Part shown: positions 12,291 to 24,700 of the stretch, one piece after another
How the letters are laid out: the number at the start of each line of letters is the position of its first letter
Position numbering within the stretch: position 1 is the first letter of the stretch
Source of the DNA: Octopus bimaculoides
Lineage: Eukaryota
NCBI RefSeq assembly: GCF_001194135.2
Contig: NC_068987.1
Coordinates: 76,095,094-76,159,093, forward strand
Reading direction: 5' to 3'
DNA: 64,000 nucleotides
Made by a program: the position numbers and the translations under genes
The notes under the pieces: generated by a model
What the model was told of the DNA's origin: nothing
What the model saw: only the letters and a program-made list of their open reading frames with translations
The model's database searches: none

Positions 12291-12664
12291 GTTGTTGTTG
12301 GCATTCCGACGTCGAAGGTTCCAGTTGATCCGATCAACGGAACAGCTTGCTCGTGAAATTAACGTGCAAGTGGCTGAGCACTCCACAGACACGTGTACCC
12401 TTAACGTAGTTCTCGGGGATATTCAGCGTGACACAGTGTGACAAGGCTGACCCTTTGAATTACAGGCACAACAGAAACAGGAAGAGTGAGAGAAAGTTGT
12501 GGTGAAAGAGTACAGCAGAGGTCGCCACCATCCCTTACCGGAGCTTCGTGGAGCTTTAAGTGTTTTCGCTCAATAAACACTCACAACGCCCAGTCTGGGA
12601 ATCGAAACCGTGATCCTCTGACCGCGAGTCCGCTGCCCTAATCACTGGGCCATTGCGCCTCCAC
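12291..12664 (-). mobile_element. tRNA-headed SINE (family C tail, distinct head) with (CAA)n end and 15-bp TSD
   Basis: Minus-strand head TGGCCCAGTGATTAG...GGTTTCGATTCCC. TSD tctgtaactcggttt at 12276-12290 and 12665-12679. Confidence 0.88.
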
Positions 12665-14135
12665 TCTGTAACTCGGTTTAATACTACACATATTGGGAGC
12701 GTTTAACAGAATCCTCTCTGTTGGTAGCATTCTGGTCATGGCTCTTGCTCGAAGATACCTTTCCCCCTATCACCAGCCTCGGAGGCCCTGTAATTGGTCA
12801 TGAACGCTGTCATCCGCTACGCCCACAGATAAAAGATTTTAACAAATTCAGGTTGTCTAGGATTGCCAGCAACAGTGGGGCCGGTCCTACCTCTATATTT
12901 CCCACTATCAATCTCAGTTGGTTTGGCACCAGAAACACTGGTGCCTTGAATCGCTTTGCGGATTAAACTCTAAATGGTCCATTCTAGGTTAGATAGACCA
13001 TAACATGTAGGCGCCATGCAATAGGCGTCAGAAGCTAACTTTTTCTTTTATTTCTTCCGATTCCAACATAGTGAAATTTTCGGATGATATTTCGACCACT
13101 CCTATGCGGTGTCAATATACAAAACAAAAACAGCACAGCAGCAATGCCAATGACTCAATTAGAAAATCTCAAATAACCAAGTAAACATAACCTAAATATG
13201 AGTTAACTTTTAGAGATGAATTCTTAACATTGAAAATATTGTCCCTTTTCTTAAAGGGTTGATAACATTTGCTGCAGGATTTTGTGCTAACTAATACATG
13301 TTTCTACTTTACACAAAATGCTAGCAACTTGAGTGAGGAGTTAAACATCGATGTCGACCTGAATATGTGACCGATACTTTATTTTATTGACCTCGGAGGG
13401 ATGAAATGCAAAGTTGACCACAGTGGCATTTGAATACAGAACTTAAAGAGCCAGAACAAGTACTGCATAGCCATTTTGTCTCACGCTATAACGCAAATTA
13501 TTAGTGCGAGTCATCAACAAAAAAAAAAGAAACTCAATGGCCCTTATCGAGCCATAGGTTCATAAGACCGGCATAAGAACACAATGAGTCACCCGCTCCA
13601 GGAATCGGAACCACAATCTTGCGACCATTAGTGCTCACTCATTCTAACTACAAAGCCACGCGTCTCCACAACGCGTATTATACTGGCCAAAAATTGTGCA
13701 CAACTATTTATATATAAGATTATTTATGCAAACCAGTCACCAGGTTAGCTAGACTAGGGTATCTCATGAGAGCGTATAGAACGAAACTACTCGGTAGTTA
13801 TCCTTTAGCTGCAAAGAAAAATTATGCTTTCTTCTCTTCAGTCATGTTTGTTATTAACATAAGATTACACCTGCAAGTTTTAAAGTTAGTGTCCTTTTTA
13901 TTTGAAAGTTGCTAACAATTGAGATATTTCCATTAATTAGAAAGTTTTTGCGAACCAGCATTCACTATATCAGCCTTTAAATCAATTATGCTGATTCATA
14001 TTATTCACCCTTTGAGATTTATGAAATCGGCACTTTTTCATTTGCAATTAAATCACATACAGCTATTTCTTTGTCTGCGCACACTCATACAAACGCACAC
14101 AGACATACTTATACTCATACGCATATATACGCAAG

Positions 14136-14175
<40 letters not shown>

Positions 14176-14176
14176 A

Positions 14177-14333
14177 GCTTGCTTCCCAACCACATGGTTC
14201 CTGGGTCAGTCCCACTGCGTGGCACCTTAAGCAAGTGCCTTCTACTATAGCCTCGAGCCAACCAAAGATTTATGAGTGGATTTGGTAGACGGAAACTGGA
14301 AGAAGCATGTCATGCATATATATATATATATAT
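14177..14333 (+). mobile_element. SINE family B 5' half running into (TA)n and a gap
   Basis: agcttgcttcccaaccacatggttcctgggtcagtcccactgcgtggcacc head. Confidence 0.8.
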
Positions 14334-14689
14334 NNNNNNNNNNNNNNNNNNNNNNNNNNNNNNNNNNNNNNNNNNNNNNNNNNNNNNNNNNNNNNNNNNN
14401 NNNNNNNNNNNNNNNNNNNNNNNNNNNNNNNNNNNNNNNNNNNNNNNNNNNNNNNNNNNNNNNNNNNNNNNNNNNNNNNNNNNNNNNNNNNNNNNNNNNN
14501 NNNNNNNNNNNNNNNNNNNNNNNNNNNNNNNNNNNNNNNNNNNNNNNNNNNNNNNNNNNNNNNNNNNNNNNNNNNNNNNNNNNNNNNNNNNNNNNNNNNN
14601 NNNNNNNNNNNNNNNNNNNNNNNNNNNNNNNNNNNNNNNNNNNNNNNNNNNNNNNNNNNNNATATATTCATATATATTGAGAATTTACA

Positions 14690-14960
14690 AAAAAAAAACA
14701 CGAAGACGGGTGTGTAAACAACAAAGAGATGTATTAGTTTAACGCTCGGGAACTGAGAAAGTCTTTTACGTTTCGAGCCTACGCTCTTTGACAGAAAGGA
14801 ACACAGAAATAAACAGGGAGAGAAAATAGAAAAAAGGTTTAGTGGCTGGCGATCTATCATGGCGAATGCCGGACAGAGGGGTCACACAGGAGAGCTAGGA
14901 AGAAGGGGAGATAATAAAGTAGTGAAGGTGCGCGTGCGTGTGTATGTCAGAGCGTGTATG
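14690..14960 (-). mobile_element. Short TA-adjacent repeat (family H1) carrying a hammerhead-like motif; probable non-autonomous PLE derivative
   Basis: Homologous to 28480-28625; hammerhead-like motif at 14763-14798. Confidence 0.55.
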
Positions 14961-15259
14961 TGCGTGTAAAAGGGGGCTGGTGACATTGACGTGTGCGTGT
15001 GTGCATGTGTAGGTGTGTGGATGATAGAGTAGTTGCTGGGAAGTGGTCAGTGCTAGTGTGTGAGGGGTGGTGTGATATGGTGTGTGGTATGGTGGTGTGT
15101 GGTGTGGTGATGTTGGAGTATGGGGTGTGTGGAGGAGGCGAGAGTGGGGGGAGCAAGAGTGGGGTCTAAGGGATGGGGTGGGAGTGGGATGGGATGCATA
15201 GCGATGGTGATATATACATATGTATGTATGTATGTATGTATTCACATATATATGTAGGG

Positions 15260-15309
<50 letters not shown>

Positions 15310-15400
15310 CATATATATATACGAAGGCGTATATATATTTTCATATACATATGTGTAGGTATATATATGTGTGCGTATACGTGTGTGTGTGTGTGTGCAG

Positions 15401-15464
<64 letters not shown>
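15401..15464. repeat. (TAGA)16 / GATA microsatellite
   Basis: Perfect tetranucleotide run. Confidence 0.95.
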
Positions 15465-16630
15465 CATACAGAGGTATGTATGCATGTAACAATGATGAAG
15501 ATTGGTGTACTAGCGTAGTAAATATCAAACGAAATATATTCTTGATGAAAGTAATCTTCGCTTCAGAAGAAAGTAAACAAACACCTAGCAGTAAACGCGA
15601 CCGACTCCGAATGAGAAGTCTAGATAATTTCAAAGAAGCAGAAATCTTCGGAATTAGCATGCCTTTAGGTTACAAACTGTTTATTTAATTAATTAATTAT
15701 CTTTCATTTTCTAGAGACAAGATGTCACCTACGCACGCGTGTTTCTGTCTCAAGTAACGTTATTAGGGCAGTAATTATTATATTTCGACTCTATCAAGAC
15801 ATAACACGAATACGTATATGAATGAGCTGAGGAAAATGATGGCCTTTGACTAGAGCAGAGTTTCCACTGTTACAAACTTTACAGCGAAGCGATCTGGGAC
15901 TAAATTCTTCCCATCTTCCCAAGACTTTTGAAGACCCTGAAAGAAAAAGGGTTGTAGAAACTCTCCTTGACTAATCAGCAAAAAGAATGTTTGCGTGCGT
16001 GCATGTGTGTGAGTGTGTATGTATGTGTCTGTGTGCGAGTGTGTGTATGCGCGTGTATATATGTGAGTGTACTTGCACGTGTGTGTATGCGTGTGTATGT
16101 GAGTGTACTTGCACGTGTGTGTACGCGTGTGTATGTATGTGGGTGCCTATGAGTATCTCTGTGTGTGTTTGTGTGTGTGACATTTAACGGTTAAATGGTA
16201 ATGCTTGAGTGTGGGGCTCAATGCAGCCATTTCATCACAAATTATTTTTATTATTTTAAATTCATCTTTCATTTTTCATTCGTTTTATGTTTTTTGTTCC
16301 TACTGTTGCGTTTTGTCTGTCCTTGTGCTGTCCCTCTATGTTATGGCCGTAGTGCCAAATAAAGAAAAGGTATTAGTTCGAGTTGAGTTCGTAGTGAAGT
16401 CGGAAGGTGTCGATTGGTTAGTTCGTTTGGAATATTGATTGTTTATTCGTGAAGAGATTATTGGATCGTTACATTGTTCTTACGGCTGCGTCGTTATCTT
16501 GTTTACTGTTACAACACAGATACAGTGTATCTAAACTGTCTGTCACAATATCGTGGCGGAACCACCACATTTGGAGACGGAAGATACAACAGTATGTGAA
16601 CATGTATGTATAAACAGATACATATGCAAA

Positions 16631-17906
16631 TACGTAAATAAAATAATGAGACTTTTGCAGTAAGCACTTTTATTTATAACTAAGCTATAAATCAACTCAT
16701 TCTCCTTAAAAATAGTTCCTTTGGGAAGCCAAAGAACACCCAAAATGTTGTTACCACTCTTCACAGCAATACTGGAACTCAGCCTTACACTGGTCGGTTG
16801 CAGCCTATTTTTTGTGTTTTCTAACAAGCCAAAACTTTGATAAAATGAGGTGAATTTTCAGTCTCGGAAAGAGAAAGAAGTCACATGGATCCAAGTCAGG
16901 CGAATAGGGGGCTGAGGGACAACAGGGATTAATTGTCGTGCCCAAAACTCTGTAATCGGAAGTGCCGTGTGACAAGATGCATTGTCGTGATGCAACATCC
17001 AGGTATCTTTGATGTTGCTTGCCTCACGCAAGCAAACCGTTTGCGCAACCTTTCAAGAACCTCGCGGTAAAAATGCTAATTGACCATCTCACGAATTCTT
17101 TATGAACGACTCCATTGGTGTCAAAAAAGCAAATGAACATGGCTTTGATTTTCGATTTGCTCATTCTCGCTTTTTTCCGCCTCGGTGAGTTTGCAGTCTG
17201 CCGCTCCAGATTGGCGTTTTATTTCTGGGTCATACTCAAAAACTCATGATTCATCACCCGAAATGATGTTTGTAAGAAAATCTTGGTCATTTTCAATTCG
17301 TTCCAGGAGATCATAGTACACTTCCTTTCTGTCATCCTTTTGCTCAGGAGTGAAATTTGGAGCGACGAATTTCGCAGAAATTTTCCTTATTTCCAGTCCA
17401 TTGGAAAAACCTAATGAACAGTACTATGGGTCAAATTCAGTTTGTCTGCAATGAATCTGATGGTTAACGGGTGGAAATATCGCACGTGGTCTCTGATTCG
17501 TTCCACATTGTCATTTCTTGAAGTTGATGGCCTTCCTGACCGAGGAATATTTTCAACGGATTTTCGGCCTTCTAAACTAAAAAGGTTTCGAACTATCTGA
17601 AAACTTGTACTCTTGATAAAGCAGTCTCCCTGTAAGCTTGTTTGAAGTTTCAGCGGCATTGTGTCCGTATTTGAAACAAAACGTCATAGCAGAGCCTTGC
17701 TGGTGTCCGCTCAATTTCAGGACACACAAAACAAAATCATTTTGCGAAACGTGCATTCACAGAAGACCTGTTAATGCCACGTGGTTGTTGCTTGAACTGA
17801 ACTTATAGGAAACATTGATGCGGCAACACCGTGAAAGAGAACCTTGCAGTGTTTCCAGATCAAACACTATGAGACTAGTCTCATTACTTCATTTACAGAC
17901 TTCGTA
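16631..17906 (-). mobile_element. Full-length (about 1.28 kb) decayed mariner DD34D transposon
   Basis: Degenerate TIRs taaataaaataatgagact (16635-16653) and agtctcattacttcattta...cgta (17877-17906), 17 of 19 matching, with TA ends. An internal transposase remnant is present. Confidence 0.85.
16700..17700 (-). pseudogene. mariner transposase pseudogene
   Basis: FCFKYGHNAAET, RSGRPSTS, IISGDES*VFEYDPE, WMLHHDNASCHT and PYSPDLDPCDFFLFPRLK (after restoring one C). There are 34 residues between the second and third Asp. Confidence 0.88.
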
Positions 17907-18403
17907 CAAACGCGTATTTACATATATGTATGTATGAACGTGTATACATGTAAGAATTTAAGTATATATATATANNNNNNNNNNNNNNNNNNNNNNNNNN
18001 NNNNNNNNNNNNNNNNNNNNNNNNNNNNNNNNNNNNNNNNNNNNNNNNNNNNNNNNNNNNNNNNNNNNNNNNNNNNNNNNNNNNNNNNNNNNNNNNNNNN
18101 NNNNNNNNNNNNNNNNNNNNNNNNNNNNNNNNNNNNNNNNNNNNNNNNNNNNNNNNNNNNNNNNNNNNNNNNNNNNNNNNNNNNNNNNNNNNNNNNNNNN
18201 NNNNNNNNNNNNNNNNNNNNNNNNNNNNNNNNNNNNNNNNNNNNNNNNNNNNNNNNNNNNNNNNNNNNNNNNNNNNNNNNNNNNNNNNNNNNNNNNNNNN
18301 NNNNNNNNNNNNNNNNNNNNNNNNNNNNNNNNNNNNNNNNNNNNNNNNNNNNNNNNNNNNNNNNNNNNNNNNNNNNNNNNNNNNNNNNNNNNNNNNNNNN
18401 NNN

Positions 18404-18614
18404 CAGGTATACACGTGTATACATACACACATATATGTACCCGCACGTTAATGTATTACATATTTGCATATGTATGTATTTATATATACATGTATATATA
18501 CATATATTTATACTTCCATTCTTACAGGTATACACGTGTATACATACACACATATATGTACCCGCACGTTAATGTATTACATATTTGCATATGTATGTAT
18601 TTATATATACATGT
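18404..18614. repeat. Tandem duplication with 121-bp period next to a gap
   Basis: 18404-18493 is identical to 18525-18614. Confidence 0.85.
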
Positions 18615-20104
18615 TCACGTACACACATAATCACTGGTGAATGGTGGGAAGAGAAACTATATGAAAAAGGAAACGGCGCGCTTTTTATCTAGATTAAAAT
18701 CAATGAATGAAATCACAGGTGTTTCAAGGTAAAAACCAGACAGAAATACATTAGATTGAATTCAAGTGTATGTAACAAGTTTATTTAAGAATGGAAGATA
18801 AATTACACAGTAAAATAGACAAATAAGCGAAAGCACGCGACCTCACAGGCAGACACACGCCCGCAAACACGCACATGCACATTGTCAAAAATGTACACCT
18901 GGCTACAGAGATATAGATAGGTATATATGGGCGAATAAACACACGAAGACACGCGTGCAAATATGGGAAAAGCTTGGAAAAAAATTTTGTGAAATGTGCA
19001 TGGATACATTTAAGCATGCATGCGTACATACAGATACACGTGCGAGCGCATGTACACACACATGTATTTAAAGATAAATTCATCGAGCATAAAATAGTAT
19101 GTAAGTCATACAAAATATTATAGTACACCTCACCTGAGAATAATACATACAAATGTATGTGCATGTGTGTGTATTTGTGTGTGTGTATATGAGTGTGTGT
19201 GCACATATATACACATACATATACATACATACATACATACGTGTATATATATATATATATATATNNNNNNNNNNNNNNNNNNNNNNNNNNNNNNNNNNNN
19301 NNNNNNNNNNNNNNNNNNNNNNNNNNNNNNNNNNNNNNNNNNNNNNNNNNNNNNNNNNNNNNNNNNNNNNNNNNNNNNNNNNNNNNNNNNNNNNNNNNNN
19401 NNNNNNNNNNNNNNNNNNNNNNNNNNNNNNNNNNNNNNNNNNNNNNNNNNNNNNNNNNNNNNNNNNNNNNNNNNNNNNNNNNNNNNNNNNNNNNNNNNNN
19501 NNNNNNNNNNNNNNNNNNNNNNNNNNNNNNNNNNNNNNNNNNNNNNNNNNNNNNNNNNNNNNNNNNNNNNNNNNNNNNNNNNNNNNNNNNNNNNNNNNNN
19601 NNNNNNNNNNNNNNNNNNNNNNNNNNNNNNNNNNNNNNNNNNNNNNNNNNNNNNNNNNNNNNNNNNNNNNNNNNNNNNNNNNNNNNNNNNNNNNNNNNNN
19701 NNNNNNNNNNNNNNNNNNNNNNNNNNNNNNNNNNNNNNNNNNNNNNNNNNNNNNNNNNNNNNNNNNNNNNNNNNNNNNNNNNNNNNNNNNNNNNNNNNNN
19801 NNNNNNNNNNNNNNNNNNNNNNNNNNNNNNNNNNNNNNNNNNNNNNNNNNNNNNNNNNNNNNNNNNNNNNNNNNNNNNNNNNNNNNNNNNNNNNNNNNNN
19901 NNNNNNNNNNNNNNNNNNNNNNNNNNNNNNNNNNNNNNNNNNNNNNNNNNNNNNNNNNNNNNNNNNNNNNNNNNNNNNNNNNNNNNNNNNNNNNNNNNNN
20001 NNNNNNNNNNNNNNNNNNNNNNNNNNNNNNNNNNATATATATATATATACATAAATTTAATTATTTCAAGGGCCTATAATCCTTTAAGGGATGTTTGCAT
20101 CTTA

Positions 20105-20205
20105 GTCTGTGGAGTACTCAGCCACTTGTACGTTAATTTCACAAGCATGCTGTTTGGTTGGTTGGATCAACTGGAACCCTCATCGTCGCAACCGACGGAG
20201 TACCA
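20105..20205 (+). mobile_element. SINE family C 3' tail fragment
   Basis: gtctgtggagtactcagccacttgtacgttaatttcac matches the tails of 29806-30124 and 12291-12664. Confidence 0.75.
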
Positions 20206-21289
20206 GTTTAGTTCTGTGTGTGCATACACGCACAAACACCCTTCCCGCGCACGCACACTCTCCTGCACACATACACACGTAGATGTACAACAGCAGCAGC
20301 AGTAAGAATTACAATGGCACACACCGAAACGCGTAAAATAATGAATTATAGGATGGAAAAAAATTATTAAAAACAATAATAATAACAACGTCTATACCCA
20401 CCGCAAAACAAACAAATTACTTAAAGGAGAAAGCAACATGTTGATGAAAATGACAAGGACAGGACAGGGTGACATTTTTCTTTTCGAAACTTTGTTATTT
20501 TTGTCAGGTGAATGTAAACATAAGTTTTCAAGGAAGGGTGACAAAACATGTTTTAACAATGAAACTGTGAGATCTTTTATTTCTATTTCTTTATTATATG
20601 AAGCTTGAAAAACATATTTGCTTTTTGTCTTTTCCTGCTCTTCCTGGGTTTCGTTTTTTATCATGGTCGTATTCTATCTACTACCACTGCGTTTTGCTGG
20701 CTTATTTTCTCATTATCTGTTTGTAAAGAGACGTGCGCGCATGCGCGTACGTATTTATATACGTAAAGCGGCAAACTGGCAGAAATGTTAGCACATCGGA
20801 TGAACTGCTTAGTGGAATTTCTATGGGTACTTTGCCCCCAGAGTTCAAATCTNNNNNNNNNNNNNNNNNNNNNNNNNNNNNNNNNNNNNNNNNNNNNNNN
20901 NNNNNNNNNNNNNNNNNNNNNNNNNNNNNNNNNNNNNNNNNNNNNNNNNNNNNNNNNNNNNNNNNNNNNNNNNNNNNNNNNNNNNNNNNNNNNNNNNNNN
21001 NNNNNNNNNNNNNNNNNNNNNNNNNNNNNNNNNNNNNNNNNNNNNNNNNNNNNNNNNNNNNNNNNNNNNNNNNNNNNNNNNNNNNNNNNNNNNNNNNNNN
21101 NNNNNNNNNNNNNNNNNNNNNNNNNNNNNNNNNNNNNNNNNNNNNNNNNNNNNNNNNNNNNNNNNNNNNNNNNNNNNNNNNNNNNNNNNNNNTATATATA
21201 TGTATAGAGAGAGAGAGAGAGAGAGAGAGGGGAAAATAGAAGTTGAAAATGCACTGAGAATAGTTAAACTATTTTTTATTAATATATTT

Positions 21290-22000
21290 AAAGCTTTAAC
21301 CGGTTTCACAGTTTACACTAATTTTCAAAAAGTTCAAATAAAAAGACGTGGTTTATGTCACATCTGTCTTGCTTCTGACAAGTATTTGTTGTCGGTGAAT
21401 GGTCAGTCTATTTACTAGAGTAAGCTTTGTTTGACCAATGTAATAATCATTACTTCCTTGACATTTGATAGCGTATATTAAATTCCTTGAAGAACATGTA
21501 GAGTGATTTTTTACTGTAATAATATGTCCTGATTTGAAATTGTGTGTTGTGTCCTCAACAATGTTGATGCAGGTCCCGCAATTGAGGCGGTCACACTTTT
21601 TAACTGTTGGTGTAGGAATCGTGGAAAGTAATTTACAACTTGTGAGAAATTTTTTGTGGGACTTTGATTGTTTTTTACTTTTGCTTATTTTGTATATTTC
21701 GAATGCTTATTTCATTCTTGGGTCTTGTTTTAGTAGTGGGATGTTCTAGTGGATAATATTGTAAACCTTTGTGTTTCAGTGGGTTGTGTGTTGTAATAAA
21801 GGGTAGAGTACTGAATGTGTCTGGAACGTTTTGCATTTTTCGTAGTTTTTCGATATTTATTGCTTTGGCACGTTCTATTCCGTTGTCTATTAGCTTTAAT
21901 GGATATTGTCTTTTAAGTAGTCCTTGTTTTAGGTTCCTATAGTCTTTTATTGCGGGTTTCAGGGTTTGAGACAATAGTGTGCTGATCCTTCTTGCTAGAT
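21290..22000 (-). mobile_element. Penelope-like element 3' part (RT thumb, Cys linker, GIY-YIG), decayed
   Basis: LARRI..TIVSNPETRNKRL, LLKRQYPLKLIDNGIERA, LPFITTHNP, VKKCDRLNCGTC, NLIYAIKCQGSNDYYIGQT..L.NRLTIHRQQI. Confidence 0.88.
21294..21332 (-). ncRNA. Minimal type I hammerhead-like ribozyme with U3-A8 core
   Basis: CUUU-UUGAAAA-U UAG uguaaa CUG U-GAA-ACCGGU-U|AAAG; stems I, II and III all pair. It lies just downstream of the PLE endonuclease. Confidence 0.6.
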
Positions 22001-22087
22001 ATACACGCGCACGTGTGTATATCTGTGTGTATATATATGAATGTGTGTGGTATATAAGTACATATTCATGAGTATATCTAATAGATA

Positions 22088-22600
22088 TTCTTTTATTCTT
22101 TTGCTTCAGTCATTTGACTACGGTCATGCTGGAGCACCGCCTTAAGGGATTGTAGTCGAACAAATCGACTTTATTTTTGTAAGCCTAGTACTTATTCTAT
22201 CAATCTCCTTTGACGAACCACTAAGTTACGGAAATGTAAATATCAACATCGGTTGTCAAGCGATGGCAGTGGTGGTGATGGGGGACTAGACACACACACA
22301 CACACANNNNNNNNNNNNNNNNNNNNNNNNNNNNNNNNNNNNNNNNNNNNNNNNNNNNNNNNNNNNNNNNNNNNNNNNNNNNNNNNNNNNNNNNNNNNNN
22401 NNNNNNNNNNNNNNNNNNNNNNNNNNNNNNNNNNNNNNNNNNNNNNNNNNNNNNNNNNNNNNNNNNNNNNNNNNNNNNNNNNNNNNNNNNNNNNNNNNNN
22501 NNNNNNNNNNNNNNNNNNNNNNNNNNNNNNNNNNNNNNNNNNNGCTACGGAGTGGGATTGAACATGGAACATTGTGTTTAGGAAGTAAGCTTCTTACCAC
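22088..22600 (-). mobile_element. SINE family B spanning a gap at its internal microsatellite
   Basis: 3' half at 22088-22290, then (CA)n, N-gap 22308-22543, and head remnant at 22544-22600. Confidence 0.8.
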
Positions 22601-22989
22601 AACCACGCCAGCGCCTATATGTGTATATTTGTGCCTGTGCATGCTTGTGTGTGTGTGTGTGTGTGAGTGTGTGTGTGTGAGTGTGTGTGTGTGTGTGTGT
22701 GTGAGTGTGTGTGCAGTGGTTACAAATTGAGAAGTCAAAAATCTTGCCTTTGACAAGAACATTGTCTAAAACCTTAGATCATTCAGTTTCCTGAGTGATC
22801 TACAGAATACTTACTTTTCTATCTCTATCAGCAACGTGTCCTTAGCTGCGAGAAATTTGGTGATAGCAAATTTTCGTGCTATGGCCCATCCTATCAAATC
22901 TACTCATGTATGAGTTTCATCCGTTTCTCATCTCTTGAGTAGATGACTCATTTCTTGACTCATCTCTTGGCTTTCTATCATATTCTACT

Positions 22990-24360
22990 TGCTGGAAATA
23001 TGCTGATATTCACTTTCTTATACCAACATTGTATCATTTCTGGTGTACCTCAAATCTCGGGGGTTTCCCCAACACTCTTCCTTGCAAGAATCAACGACCT
23101 ACTTGCCGTCACGAGCTACAATACCCACTCGTATACGAATGACACCGCCCGTTATACTTCCCTAATCTACCTTCCGCGCCAAATAGTTTCTACATGCAAC
23201 TAAGACACCTTACACAAAAACTGCACTGACAAAGTATACGAAGACAGCCAAACATTCACTAGTGGTCTTATGTCAATAATATCTCTTTCAACTGTCAAAC
23301 ATGAAACACCAAACAAACACAATCATCATACATATCAAGAAAGCATTATCGCACTTTATGAACAACGCACAAGCCCAGTGACGGCTCGTAGATGAAATTA
23401 GTAGCGATGCAGCTTCAGAAAATTTTTAGCCGTTGTTTTGATATCGTGTTAAAGGAAACAAACATATAAAAAGAAAATTTATACATAAACTTCATCGGTT
23501 CGTGTTTTAGCTACTGCCGGGTAGTGTGTTTAATTTGTTCACTGAACACAGCCGCGAATTTCTCCTTGTTTTTCAAACATCCCCGCTAAATCACAAAATA
23601 AGGGGGCAGGAAATGTGCCCTATTTTTTAAATCCTGGTTGCAACACTGAAGAAGGAAGCAAGATAATAATTTAATTCTACACTTTATCACATTCAAGAAT
23701 ATAAACAAGTTTTTAAGCAAAACAAAAGAAACACTACCTTTCATCCGGCAGTGTCATTCACGCGGTACTCTCTCTCCCTAGCGTGAAGCTTCCTATCTCG
23801 GACATGTGAGCATGCACACAACAGTCAAACACCACGCCGCTGGAACTGGATTTTTGTATTTTTTCATAAACTAGGGGATGGCTACTGACATTAAGCTTAA
23901 GGATTATATAATGAACAAGTAGAAAGAAAGGATTAATAAAAAAAATGGACTCATTATATTGAATGTTATCAATAATATTGAGTGGAAATAGGGGGTACTG
24001 CAGTTCCGCAGTTCCTATACACAAGCCGCCATTGCACAAGCCGATCTCTCACGATCACTTCGATTCCTAGACTTTCTTAGCAATGAGGACTTCTGGCAAA
24101 ATGTTTCATCTTAAATTGAATTTCTCTTCAACATTAGGAAATACTCCTTCTGCCATCAACGGCTTACCCTATACAAAGCTCTGGTAAGACTAAATCTAGG
24201 ACAGTACTGCTGCTGAAATGTGAGACAATTAAACCGAGTATCCAGCATTGGGAAAAACCGCTCAACTGATTACATTAAAGCCAGTCACAAACATATTTCA
24301 ACCTCTGACGCTCAGACAGCATGTCTCCTCTTTCTTCCTTTTCATATCGTGTTAACACAA
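22990..24360 (+). pseudogene. CR1/L2-group LINE reverse transcriptase remnant, interrupted
   Basis: SGVPQISGVSPTLFLARINDL...SYTNDT (decayed GVPQGS and YADD) at about 23040-23150. LTLYKALVRLNL and FQPLTLRQHVSS at about 24150-24340. Confidence 0.6.
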
Positions 24361-24527
24361 AGATAGCATTTTTCATTTCCTACTAAGATCTCGACCAAAT
24401 CGATACATCATCAACTCAAAGTTACGCTAATTGTTTAGTTAAATGAACAAGACTGTTAGCTTAACGTTATATCAAAAAGGGATGCTATGGACAGAATTTT
24501 CATTGTATATTAGATTCATGGTAAAAT

Positions 24528-24700
24528 GCGGCGAGGTGGTAGAATTGTTAGTGTAGCAGCTAAATGGTACATGTCTTGAGTTCAAATTCCACCGAGGGCG
24601 AATTTGCTTTTCATCCTTTCAGAGACGATAAAATAAGTCGAGCAATGCGGTCGATGTAGTCTGTTGACCCCTCCTCTAAAATTGTTGGTGTCAAAATTTG
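24528..24700 (+). mobile_element. SINE family D monomer, diverged
   Basis: gcggcgaggtggtagaattgttag...gagttcaaattccaccgagg. Confidence 0.7.
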
